Origin: Carcharhinus longimanus
Lineage: Eukaryota
Length of the DNA: 59,694 nucleotides
Assembly (NCBI GenBank): GCA_030264375.1
Contig: JASCQW010000032.1
Span: 31,910,986-31,970,679 of the forward strand
Direction: 5' to 3'
Shown: one piece after another, positions 48,239 to 59,694 of the stretch
Position numbering within the stretch: the first letter of the stretch is position 1
Layout of the letters: each line of letters begins with the position of its first letter
Notes under the pieces: generated by a model
What the model saw: the letters and a program-made list of their open reading frames with translations, nothing else
What the model was told of the DNA's origin: nothing
Database searches by the model: none
Program-made: the position numbers and the translations under genes

Positions 48239-49385
48239 AGATTGACAATAAACTTCATTCGAACTTTTGAAGCTTGTTTTCTGGCTTTTGTACAAATAAT
48301 TTTACAAATATGTAGAAACAACAATACAATGGAAAACACTCCATCAGTGCAGCTGACAATGAATATGCAAACAATGATGGGCAGGAAAAAGCTTTCTCAT
48401 CCATTCAGCCTGATATACAATCATAGAATCTTACATCACAATATACATGCCCACAACCCCTTCCCTCTCCACCTGAAAGCCATGTAATTTCCTATAAGTG
48501 GTAAAGAGTTAGATAAAAATCCAAAACCATTCTGTGGAAACAAGTCTGGAAAATGTGACCATTGATGCAGTCACAGAAATTATGCAACTTGCAGGTCCTA
48601 AGACTGCTCAATCCAAATTCAGGTCACAGATCTGGCCCTTATTAAGAGCTTCTGAGAGAAGTCAAACATAATCCTTAACAAAGGCATTAAAACACAATCC
48701 AATGCATTCCTGTAATTGTGATACCATGAAAGTAGTTAAGGTTTTAAGTTTTAATGAGATGATTTTTTGAATGTTAAAAATTTCAGTTGTTGAGGAAACA
48801 AAGGCTTATTTCAGAATGCCTTATTTTATTACCAGTGTAAAGTATCGAGTGAAGTATAGACTGTTGGTATTGAGTTCACATATGCATACGTCTGTGAAGT
48901 TTCTGACTTGTTCCTTTGCAAGTTGTCAGAGGAATACTAATTCTAGTAAAACTATAATTAATGAAAATAAAACCAATGCACTTAATTTTGTTCATTTTTT
49001 GAACAGTTGGGTTGATTTGAGTCATGAGGAATCAGTCTTTGGAGCATAGAATAAAAAAACAAATAATAAAACTAAACATCTATAGCTAAATTGTTTCACA
49101 GATTTATTGTCCAGTAGAAGGAATCTAACTCTAAATTATTTATTCGAGGATTGCACGCATTGAGCAGCTTAGACATTTTTGCACTGACTTGTAAGGAACC
49201 AATTTGCCCGACTGATATTAATGCAATTTTGCCTTCATGTACCGACCACTAGCAAATTAGGAGCATCTGAAGCTCAGGAAGNNNNNNNNNNTCAGGAAGA
49301 TGTTCCTTTTAACCTCTCCATTGAGAAATGAACTCAAACAAATCCAAAGGGCAATAAAACCAAGTTAAACTTTAAAAACTTGTAC

Positions 49386-49457
49386 CTTGAGTTTACGAAC
49401 CGCATCCTTCACAATTTCAGTACCCTTCGGTTGTTCAACTTCAGCATTGCCAAGAAA
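49386..49457 (-). CDS. GULP1: GULP1 internal coding exon, 72 bp, phase 0/0 ([24 protein letters not shown])
   Basis: The minus strand reads cag|TTTCTTGGC...CTCAAG|gtacaag. The translation matches the GULP1 PTB N-terminal segment [24 protein letters not shown] recalled from human. Confidence 0.96.
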
Positions 49458-49844
49458 CTGAAAGATATAATTGCAAATGTTGAATAAATGTGTGCACAAC
49501 ATTCAGCTTTACATCATCTGGCTACAATGCCAACTGTATAGGGTAATTTAAGATCAAACTGGAATGACACAGGTAGTAAAAGCAACATTGAAAAACAATT
49601 CAGTATTCAGAATAGGGGGCCCAATTGTGAACAGTTAACTTATTTATAAAGTATTAATTAAATATCCAGAACAAAACACCTCAACATAAATATTGCAGTT
49701 AGTTCATCTGTCTACGTACTTAACTTTCCTGAAACAAAGGTGTTTTCTCCAATGACAAGATTTGATAGAAACCAACCTGTCATTCATGTGAATTTCCTCT
49801 TAGCCTTTTGCCCCCTGCCAAATTGCAACACCAAATGTAAAATG

Positions 49845-50410
49845 TGACTGCGCGTTGCTGGCTAGGCCAGTATTTCTTGACCACCCCTAATTGCCCTCAA
49901 GAAGGTGGCGATGAACTGCCTTCTTGAACCACTGCAGTCCATCTGGTGGAGGTATACACATTGTGCTGCTAGGGAGGAAATGCCAAGACTTTGACCCAAT
50001 ACCAGTGAAGGAACACCAATATATTTCCAAGTCAGGATGATGAGTGGCCTGGAGAACAACGTGCAGGTGGTGATGTTTCCATGCATTTGCTATCTGCCCT
50101 TCTGGATGGTGGAGGTCATGGGTTTGGAAGGTGCTGTCTAAACAGCTTTGGTGAGTTCCTGCAGTGCATCTTGTAGAGGGTACACCCTGCTGCCACTGTG
50201 CGTCAATGGTGGAGTGAATGCTTGTGGATGGGGTGCAAATCAAGTGGGCTTCTTGAGGGTTGTTAGAGCTGCACCCATCCAGGCAAGTGGGGAGTATTCC
50301 ATCACATGTCTGACTTGTGTTCTGTAAATGGTGGACAGGCTTTGGGGATTCAGGATATGAGTTACTCACTGCAGAAGTCTTTGCCTCAGACCTGCCCTCA
50401 TAGCCAGAGT
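49845..50410 (-). mobile_element. Second-family LINE 3' end
   Basis: Colinear with 34520-34615 plus 35535-36010. ORF 49887..50369 ends GLQWFKKAVHRHLLEGN. Confidence 0.75.
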
Positions 50411-51384
50411 ACTGCCTCTATTTATTGCCTGTACACTTACCTTGTAAAAAAAATTGGCACTTCTTAAGAATCAGAATATGTTCTGTCAAGTAGAAAGCAG
50501 CATGTTCTGTTCACATTACTGACAAATTTATTTAATTATAACTCCATGAATACAGTGCATACTTTTACCTATGGAAAAATTCCAGGGGTAATTTTGCTTT
50601 TTTACAAAACAAGCAAAGTATACACTGGAAAGAATGAGTGAAACAATAGCACAACATTCCCGAGGCATTATGCTGCTTCTCCCCATCCAGAGAATATTCT
50701 GTGCCTTTGGAATCACAGTACACGTAACCTTATAAATAGCAAATACACAGTGTAGATGGTCGAGCAAACCTGAAAACAAATGTGTCATGTATGTAACTAC
50801 CCTACACACAAATGCCTTGACTAACAATATCTACACTTGAATGCATCTTCGTTCTTGTAAGGGCTCCGTACCCAGGCTTGGGTATATGTGTGCATATTAG
50901 CAGCAATTACATTGTTTAAAAGTAGGCGTTTAAAAAAAAGCCCAAACTTTTAAATGTGGCAGGAAAGAATTACTTTTCCCATGTTGTATTGTGACTATTT
51001 TCAGCAATTCATTCCTTACATTTATCGTCACTGAAGCCTGCAGTATGTTGTTTGGCATCGACACATCACACTAAATTTAAAAAAAACTTCCTTTGATTGT
51101 AGTTTCGTTAACATTCCCTGCCTAACGTACTTACATTTTAAAATTCATTTACTGGATGTGGATTACCAGATAGCCCAGCACTTATTGCCCATCCCCTAGT
51201 TGACCTTGAGAGGGTGGTGTAGAGCTGTCTGCTTGACCTCTGCAGTATCTGAGGTGCAGGCACACCCATATCATGCTATCAGAGAGCGTGTTCCAGGGTT
51301 TTGATTCTTTTCTGGCCACAGGAGAGGTGCTGGATAATTATTTAGACTTGAATGCAAGAGGGTTAGGCCACAGTTAGAGTATTG

Positions 51385-51873
51385 CGTGCAGTGCTGGAAT
51401 CCACATCATGGGAGGTAATTGATAGCATTGGAAAGGAGATTTACTAGGATGTTGCCTAGGCTGGAGAGTTTTATATATGAGCAGGAATTGGATAGACTGG
51501 GATTGTTCTCCTTGGAGCACAGATGACTGAGGGGGGACAAGATTGAGATATATAAAATTATGAGGAGCAACAGTAGAGTAGACAGGAAGAAACCTTTCCC
51601 CTTGGCGGAGGGATCAATAACAAGGGGCATAGATTTAAGGTATGTTACAGAAGATTTAGAGGGGGTGTAAGAAAAAATCTTTTCATCCAAAGGGTGATTG
51701 AAGCCTGGAACTCACTGCATTTAAGAATTATTTAGATGTACACTTGCAATGCCAAGGCTATGGGCCAAGTGCTGGGAAATAGGATTAGAATAATTAGGTG
51801 GTTTGTCTTTGACTGGTGTATGCGATGGACTGAAGGACATTTTTCTGTGCTGTATACCTCTATGACTCTATGA
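51385..51873 (+). mobile_element. CR1 3' end (TCTATGAC-type tail), preceded by a second-family LINE tip at ~51140-51310 (-)
   Basis: gcattggaaaggagatttactaggatgttgcc, ggattgttctccttggag, and tail tgctgtatacctctatgactctatga. Confidence 0.85.
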
Positions 51874-52619
51874 GCAGCCCACTGGCAACAGGTCCACTGC
51901 ACTAGCATTCTACTCAATAGGCCTTCAAGGCAGGTCCATGGATTGGGATGAGGAACAGTTGGCCAGACTGTTCTTGTGAGGTCTGTAACAGTGTTCATGC
52001 TCCTCAAAAGACTGACAAAAAGGAGGAATTTTGGCTTTTTTTTTTCGTGAGACTACTAGCTGACCCTTACAACAGTAGGCACACAGTCTTCTCAGTTCAA
52101 TCCAAAAATTGTAAGTCAAGTCCGATGCACGTCTGACTGATTCAGGGTGCTGCTCAGGCTAACCTGTATTAGGATAATGGAACCATTACCCTCAATTTCT
52201 GTGTTACAATGGGAGCAGGGGTCCTGAAAACTCATTCGTAGAGAATTTATTTTTTATTGATCTGATTTTATTTACTTATTTTTCAGTTTTACAGCACATT
52301 AGAGAAATAAATACACATTTTATACAGAGAATGTAAAGAATGTTCAGCACACCAGGAAAATAAAGACCAATATTTAACTTATACACTTTTGTCTGTGGGT
52401 ACCATTGAGTTTATTTTTTTCAACTGTTTTTGTTGAAAATATGATAGTGATGATGAATGAAACAGAGAAATCATCAAAATCATCCCCTATAAGGAAATAC
52501 CTTAATGATAAGGTATTACATTTTGATCAGAAAAATCAGGAAGTCATATATTGGGAAGTAAGAATCTAAATGGGGTAGAGAAGCAAAGGAAACTGGGAAT
52601 ACAAATGCTCAAACAAATG

Positions 52620-53947
52620 ATCAACTGAGTCATGTTTGCCATGGAGTTGGTGATTCACCCTAAGCAGACCTGCTCAGTACCTGACTGGAGAATATTTGAT
52701 AACCTTGTTCTACTCAGGAATACAACTTTGTGTGGGACAGAGGGCAGACACTTGCCACATCTGCTTGGATCAGAAGGGCATTTGTAGAGCATCACACGTA
52801 ATGGATGTTTACAAAATGTCACTTGTGTATTGTTCAAACCTTGTGCCAAATTTAGGAAGAAGGATGCAGACATAAGAGAAGTGCCAATCCAGGCAGCAGA
52901 GGCACTCAGATCAAAGCCCCGGTATACGGGTAGCATCACTGCCTTTCACTCAGATCAGATGCCCACACACGGACTGATTAGCACTTGTGACCAGACTGAA
53001 TCGGTCTCCAGAGGCAAATTATGGTAGGAATAAGGTTGTGTTCTTTGGGAACTGAGCTAACCAATCATTTGTCCCCTTCACTATCGGGTTAGACAATCTG
53101 AGAATGCTTTGAATATGGTTCAGGCCATCAGTACACAATTACCAATTGTCACCATGTGCTAAGGTTCTATCTGTTCCCAATATTGCAAAGGATGGGTCTG
53201 GTTACACTGATATAGAACACTCCAGTCACTGTGCCTTTGCACCTGTCCCTCATGAAAAGATATCTGCAGAAAAACATCTCTGACCACAACTCCATCAAGC
53301 AGTAGTCCATATGGGGAACATCCTCAAAGCCTGCAGGAAAAGGTGATGACAGATCCTGTAGAATGCTTCTGACAGCAAACGGTCAAAATCTTTTTGGCAG
53401 AATGTTTCATTGCCAGAACTTTCAAACAAACACCAAGACATAGCTTGGCTGATGATGAGAAAGTCCTCCCAGTCAGATATTCCCACATGCTTGGAGTCTC
53501 ACTCTGCTCTGTACGCTAAGGGCTTTTCCCAGGGACACACAAACACAAAAACCATAAAAATCAACTGCTACCAGAGAACTATCAACTCACTGAAAGGTGC
53601 TCTTTGATCTGCCTCAAACTTGCTGGTCTTCAAGTGGAACGAGTTGCTCATGTTTCATGTAACACATTCTAAGATCTAGAGCTACATGCTGAAGCCTGAG
53701 GCAGTAGCTACAACGGGGAAGGAGATTATCTAAGGTCCACTTGCCTTCACATACCAAGGGACTGGAGGCTGGTCCTTGTCATGGAATGTATATTATAAAT
53801 TTCATATTATACTGCAGCACCTGAGAATGTCACATGCTGTATGGAAAGAAATGGAAGTGTGTTGCACATTAGCCATTTCCAATTTAAACTGTGATAGAAT
53901 GTAATTTTTTAATTTTTTTATCAATAAAGTATATTTTTGAGGAATAA
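52620..53947 (+). mobile_element. Tx1-like (L1 group) LINE 3' end
   Basis: PELSNKHQDIAWL and TKTIKINCYQRTINSLKGAL*SASNLLVF. The 3' UTR ends aataaagtatatttttgaggaataaa. Confidence 0.7.
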
Positions 53948-53949
53948 AT

Positions 53950-54400
53950 GAACAAGCTGGGGCTTTTCTCTTGAAAAGGCAGCTAAGGAGGTAATCTAAT
54001 AATGGTCTTTAAACTTACAAAATGTTTTGATTGAGTAGATGGAGAAAGAAAATTTCCGCTCGTGAGGAATAGCAAAACCAGAGGCCATCAATACAAAATA
54101 GTCACCAAGACATCAAGGAGGCAATTGTGAAGAAATATCCTTAGCCAGAAAGTGGTGAGAATGTGTAGCTTGTTACCATATGGAATGGTTGCCTTAAATA
54201 GTATAGATGGATTTTAGGAGACGTTAGAGGAAGGAGCAGGAATCATGGATTGGACTGGTAGAGTGAGATGAAAAGAAGGATGGGCAGATTACGTTGATAG
54301 ATAAGGAAGGAAGCTTTAATGCAGCATTAATGATGGAATGAACTTGCTGAGCTGAGTGATCTGCTTCCAAATCACATATTCCAATTAATTCTATGTAAAT
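53950..54400 (+). mobile_element. Old CR1 3' fragment
   Basis: ggggcttttctcttgaaaag..., aaaaccagaggccatcaatacaaa (TRGH.YK), gtggtgagaatgtg. Confidence 0.6.
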
Positions 54401-56715
54401 ATAATACTTGTATGCTGCTGCAAGACAAGCTCAAAATTACAGTAAATCGGTGTAGATCTACTGGTAGAATTACTGACAAATGTGTGCATCATATTGATTA
54501 TACAAAATAGAATCTTCACAAAGCTATTTTTCTGAATAGTAAATGCCTAAAGTAATATTTCTGCAAATGTCCAGCTACTGAGCTGTGGCACCGCAAAAAG
54601 CAATCATTCGCTTTCCATCAATTTTACTACAAAGTGGCATAAGCATTGACCTCCTTCTGGACTGTAACCATTCTGTTACTCCATGACCTCACTCCATCTC
54701 TGTTTTCTCTTTATGTAAAAATCCTTATTTGGTTTAATTTCCCACGGTTTTCCAAGCACCAACATCAAACACAAGAAGCTAGACCATTGAGCAGAGTGAC
54801 AGAATTATTCTAGAGCTTTCAGCTGTGAGAAAACAAAAGGTTTGGATTTGTTTATTAAAGCAAAAGAAATGAAGGTGTGAGGCAGGCAGAAAAAAGGGAC
54901 AGAGCACTTCATGCTCCAGAATCTTACAGCACTTCGTATTTAGGGAAAACTTTTGAAGTGAAGTATCTATTGTTGTGCGTGCTGTTCCAGAGCACTTCCT
55001 ACTTAGAAACTTATCAAAAAAAATCAATGAGATGAATTGTCCATTAACATGTTTTTCGTACTTTAGTTGAGGAGTGAATGTTGAGCAGAACATTGTGAGA
55101 AGATGGTGCTCTTTTACTAATAGCGGTTCAGGTAGGCTGCATTAGGCAGGCTTATCTCAAGGAAACCATCCAGATTTTCAAAATGCTGAGAGGGATAGGT
55201 AATGTGGATGCAAACTGCGTATTTAACTTGGATTTGAAGTGTAAAAGGGATGAAGCATAGACTTTTCAATCTTCTACCTGACAAAGATATAGATGGAGTT
55301 ACATCCTCCCACCAGATATGTATAATAAGCATTGCAATAAAACAGTTAATAATGCATCCATTTTTCTTTAAAAAATGGTATGAATTGGGTTCAGATTGTA
55401 AAGATAATTCAGTCAGAGATGAATTATTGCTCTATGGAATATATTTGTTCCAGAGCAGCTTAAATTATGTCAACGATATGAAAAATATGTTCATATTTTG
55501 AGGAAGTATGCTACTAATGTAACCATCAGTCAAGCTAGTATTTGAATTGCAAAAATTGCAAAATTCTTTGTCAACCTTAATGATGATTATCAAAGAAATG
55601 GTTAATTTTGCAAGTGCCCAAGGTAATTATTACCCGACCATTTGATAAATGTTAAGTACTATATGCTTGTGCACGACAGCAATGTGCTTTTTAGGTATGT
55701 CTACTAGACCTGAGTAGAATGAGAAAATGTCATTTACTTAATCAAGTTGGTTATTTTCACAGATAAAGTGTATTTACCCCATCAGGGATTCTAATCTATT
55801 TATTTTAGTCTTCAGGAAAACTTCTTCATTTTTCTGCCAAAACTGTCAGAAGTAATCAAACAAAAGCCCAGAATATCTAAGCAGTTGTCAGCTTTCTACA
55901 TCAGCTTCCTCACTTATAGGAACTGTTGTATTCTATGGAACATTTCATTATCCACGTCTGCACTCATCCAGCCTTTGTTGGAACAAATTCATTGACCCTT
56001 CATTACTGACATTTGCTGGGATTCCATTCCAGATATTGTTGGTTACCACCGTAACTAGTGAAGGCATCAGAAGACTCCACATGCTATTTATATTTCTGAC
56101 CAATTGTGAAGTCCCTCCTCTCAAACTTAGCCTGAAATAAACACCAGGGTATTGGGCTTCAGAAGTTATTGCCTTTGGAGAAGACTGATCGGGCTGCTTC
56201 TAATGCTGCCGTAACCATCAAGGAAATGAAAGGCAGTTGTTGAGGGGAAGGCAATTAATGGTTGTGGCTTGGGGGTCAGGGCAGGCAGCAGTAACTTACG
56301 AGTTGGGAATCTGGGGTGGTGTCCTGAGTTGCGTCCTGCGGTTGGTGGGGAAGGAGACCAGGAATCTATGATTCGAAGTTGGGAGATCCAGAGTCAGGGC
56401 GGTTACGGTGATTGAGAAACTTAAGGCGAGCAGTGTTTGATAGGACACCATGGTTTCAAGGTGGAATCCTTTTAATGACTGCATACACAGCCCACTTAAA
56501 GATAAAGCCACATGTTGATGTGGCATTCCCGAATGCACCAGCCCTACAGCGGCTGCATTCACCACAGCTCAGTTTTTCTGCAGGATTCTCAAACAGGTGC
56601 ACAGTCCCTTATTTGCATACAAGAAGGGCCTAACACCTGTTTAAAGCCAGGTCTACCATATTTATTTTTAGTGTACAAATAATCTGGCAGATGGCACATA
56701 TCCAGCTCCTACCGA

Positions 56716-59171
56716 TGGGGGCCTTCAATATGCAGATGGACTGGAAAAATCAGGCACGTAGTGGATCCCAAGAAAAGGAATTTGTGGAACGTCTAAGAGA
56801 TTTTTTGGAGCAGCTCGTGATACGGCCTACGAGGGAACAGGCGATTCTGGAATTGGTGATGTGTAATGAGGCAGACTTGATTAGGGAACTTAAGGTGAAG
56901 GAATCCTTAGGGAGCAGAGACCACAATATGGTAGAATTTATCCTGCAATTTGAGAGGGAGAAGCTGGAATCAACAGTATTACAATTAAATAAAAAGTAAC
57001 TATAAAGACATGAGGGTTAAGCTAGCCAGAGCTGATTGGAAAGATAGTCTAGTAGGGAAGACAGTGGAACAGCAATGGCAGGAGTTTTTGGGGGTTATTC
57101 AGGAGGCACAACAACAATTTATTCCAAGGAGGAGGAAACATGCTAAGGGGAGGATGAAGCATCCTTGGCTGATGAGGGAAGTTAAGAACAGCATAAAAAC
57201 AAAAGAAAAAGCAAACAAAGTGACGAGGATTAGTGGGAAGCCAGAAGATTGGGAAGCCTTTAAAAACGAGCAGAGGGCAATTAAAAAAGCATTAAGGAGG
57301 AGAAGATGAAATTTGAGTGTAAGCTAGCTAGTAATATAAAAGAGGATAGGAAGAGAATTTTTCAATAAATTAAAGGTAAGAGAAAGGCAAAAATAGCCAT
57401 TGGACCATTAGGAAAATGAGGCTGGAGAAGTAATAATAGGAAACAAAGAAATGGCAGAAGCACAGAATAGTTGCTTTGCATCAGTCTTCACGGTGGAAAT
57501 CACTAGTGGGATGCCAGAGCTCCAGGAGAATCAGGGGGCACAGCTGAACGTAGTGGCCATCACTAAGGAGAAGGTTCTGGGGAAACTGAAAGGTCTGAAA
57601 GATCTAAATCACCTGGATCGGATGGACTACATCCCAGGGTTCTAAAATAGATAGCTGAGGAAATTGTGGAGGCATTGGCAGTGATCTTTCAGTAATCACT
57701 GGAAGCAGGGAGGGTCCCAGAGGACTGGAAAGTAGCAAATGTAACACTGCTGTTTAAGGAGGGAGGGAGGCAGCAGTCAGGAAATTATAGGCCAGTTAGC
57801 CTGACTTCAGTCATCGGCAAGATTTTTGAGTCCATTATTAAAGATGGAGGAGTACTTCGAAGTGCATGATAAAGTAGGACTGAATCAGCATGGCTTTGTC
57901 AAGGGGAGATCATGTCTGACAAATTTGTTAGAGTTCTTTGAGGAGGCAACAAGGAAGTTAGACAAAGGAGAACCAGTGTACATGATTTATTTAGATTTCC
58001 AAACAGCCTTTGACAAGGTGTCGTATAGGAGGCTGTTAAATAAGAGCCCATGGTGTTAAAGGCAAAATCCCAACATGGATAGAGGATTGGCTGACTGGCA
58101 GAAGGCAGGGAATGGGGATAAAGGGATCTTTTTTTCAGGATGGCAGCCGATGACTAGTTGTGTGCCTCAGAGGTCGGTGCTGAGACCACAACTTTTCACA
58201 ATATACATTAACAATTTGGAGGAAGGAACTGAAGGCACTGTTGCTAAGTTTGCAGATGATACAAAGATATATTGAGGATCAGGTAGTATTGAGGAAGCAG
58301 GGAGGCTACAGAAGGACTTGGAAAGGCTAGGAGAGTGGGCAAAAAAGTGGCAGATGGAATATATTGCGGAAAAATATGAGGCTATGCACTTTGGAAGGAG
58401 AAATGGAGGCATAGACTATTTTTTAAATGCGGAAATGCTTAGGAAATCAGAAACACACAGGGAGTTGGGAATCCTTATTCAAGATTCTCTTAAGGTTAAT
58501 GTGCAGGTTCAAATCAGCAGTTAGGAAGGCAAATACAATGTTAACATTCATGTTGAGAGTGATAGAGTACAAGAGCAGCAATGTACTTCTGAGGCTGTAT
58601 AAGGCTCTGGTCAGCCTTATTTGGAGTATTGAGTGGTTTTGGGCTCTGTACCTAAGGAAGGATGTACTGGCCTTGGAAAGTATCCAGAGGAGATTCACAA
58701 GAATGATCCCTGGAAATGAACAGCCTGTTGTATGAGGAATGGTTGAGGACTCTGGGCCTGTACTCGTTGAAGTTTAGAAGAATGAGGGAGGATTTATTTG
58801 AAACTCACAGGATACTGCGAGGCCTGGACAGAGTGGATGTGGAGGGGATGCTTCCCCTAGTAGGAAAAACTAGAACCAGAGGGCACAACTTCAGACTAAA
58901 AGGGGCAATCCTATAAAACAGAGATGAGGAGGAATTTATTCAACCAGAGAATGGTGAACCTGTGGAACTCTTTGCTGCAAAAAGCTGAGGAGGCCAAGTT
59001 ATTGACTGTCTTTAAAACGGAGATAGAGAGGTTCTTGATTGATAAGGGGATCAGGGTCATTAGGGAAAGGTAGGAGAACAGGGATGAGAAAAATATCAGT
59101 CATGATTGAATGGCTGAGCAGACTCAATGCGCCGAGTGACTTAATTCTGCTCCTTAGTCTTATGGTCTTAT
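56716..59171 (+). mobile_element. Longest CR1 LINE copy, about 2.45 kb, ORF2 pseudogene (APE C-terminus, RT, 3' UTR)
   Basis: [108 protein letters not shown]. Tail tcttatggtcttat. Many stops and frameshifts. Confidence 0.96.
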
Positions 59172-59379
59172 TCAGCAATCATTTCCTGTTGCCATAACCA
59201 CAGGAACTGTTCAACCTTAGCTGCAAGTTTTGACATAATTTGCATTCAACAGTATTCATTTACACAGTTGCACTCAAAATTAATAATTCTGCTATCATTT
59301 GACACCCATTGCTCTCAAAAATGATCATTTACCCATTCTTTGACAATCATGCTCAAGAAAAAAATTTGGTTCTAATTTA

Positions 59380-59694
59380 AGATTGCAAATAATGTAACTG
59401 ATAATGTAATGGATTTGCATCCATACTTACTGAGGAAACGGGCATGGAGTCTATGGAAATAAGGCAAACAGGTAGGGAGGTCATAGAACCCTTACAAATT
59501 AAAGAGGTGGTGGTGCTGGCTGTCTTGAGGCAAATCAGAGTAGATAAATCCCCAGGACCGGACAGGGTATTCCCACGGACCTTGAGGGAGGTTAGTGTTG
59601 AACTTGCAGGGGCCCTGGCAGACATATTTAAAATGTCAGTATTCACGGGGGAGGTGCCGGATGATTGGAGGGTGGCTCATGTTGTTCCGTTGTT
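59380..59694 (+). mobile_element. CR1 fragment, different subfamily, truncated by the window edge
   Basis: VVLAVLRQIRVDKSPGPDRVFPRTLREV.VELAGALADIF and GEVPDDWRVAHVVPL. Confidence 0.9.

Noticed and set aside
49274-49299. tcaggaag duplicated around a 10-N gap
   Set aside because: Typical scaffold overlap artefact rather than a TSD.
50435-50490. Strong minus-strand donor AAG|GTAAGT as a candidate upstream GULP1 exon
   Set aside because: The translation does not resemble the expected DKTWMHTPEALSKH..YNAK exon, which was not found in the window.
1-59694. CRISPR arrays, operons or other prokaryotic systems
   Set aside because: The sequence is vertebrate intronic DNA with no regularly spaced repeats or long intact ORFs. 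Most track ORFs are chance or transposon remnants.

Overview
Eukaryotic, AT-rich, repeat-dense genomic DNA with several N gaps. The repeat complement (HE1/V-SINE-type tRNA SINEs, HER1/CR1 LINEs) points to a cartilaginous fish, probably a shark; this is an inference. The only host gene found is GULP1 (CED-6 homologue, PTB-domain engulfment adaptor) on the minus strand. Three phase-0 coding exons (49386-49457, 15881-15979, 3825-3962; 103 aa of the PTB domain) have canonical AG/GT ends and are separated by introns of 33,406 and 11,918 bp. The rest is intronic and largely decayed mobile DNA: many CR1 fragments, L2, Rex1/Babar and Tx1 LINE 3' ends, six SINEs with two different tails, and Harbinger-type MITEs. 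There is also a 5.3-kb two-gene PIF/Harbinger transposon with TIRs and an AAT TSD, an internally deleted Gypsy LTR element, and two families of Penelope-like elements (PLEs). The most notable signal is a set of minimal type I hammerhead ribozyme motifs in the PLE terminal repeats. Two have intact cores and lie in the sense of the GULP1 pre-mRNA, and one of these belongs to a young copy inserted into an older relative with a 13-bp duplication. Repeat family names come from recognising motifs by eye, and many repeat boundaries are approximate.
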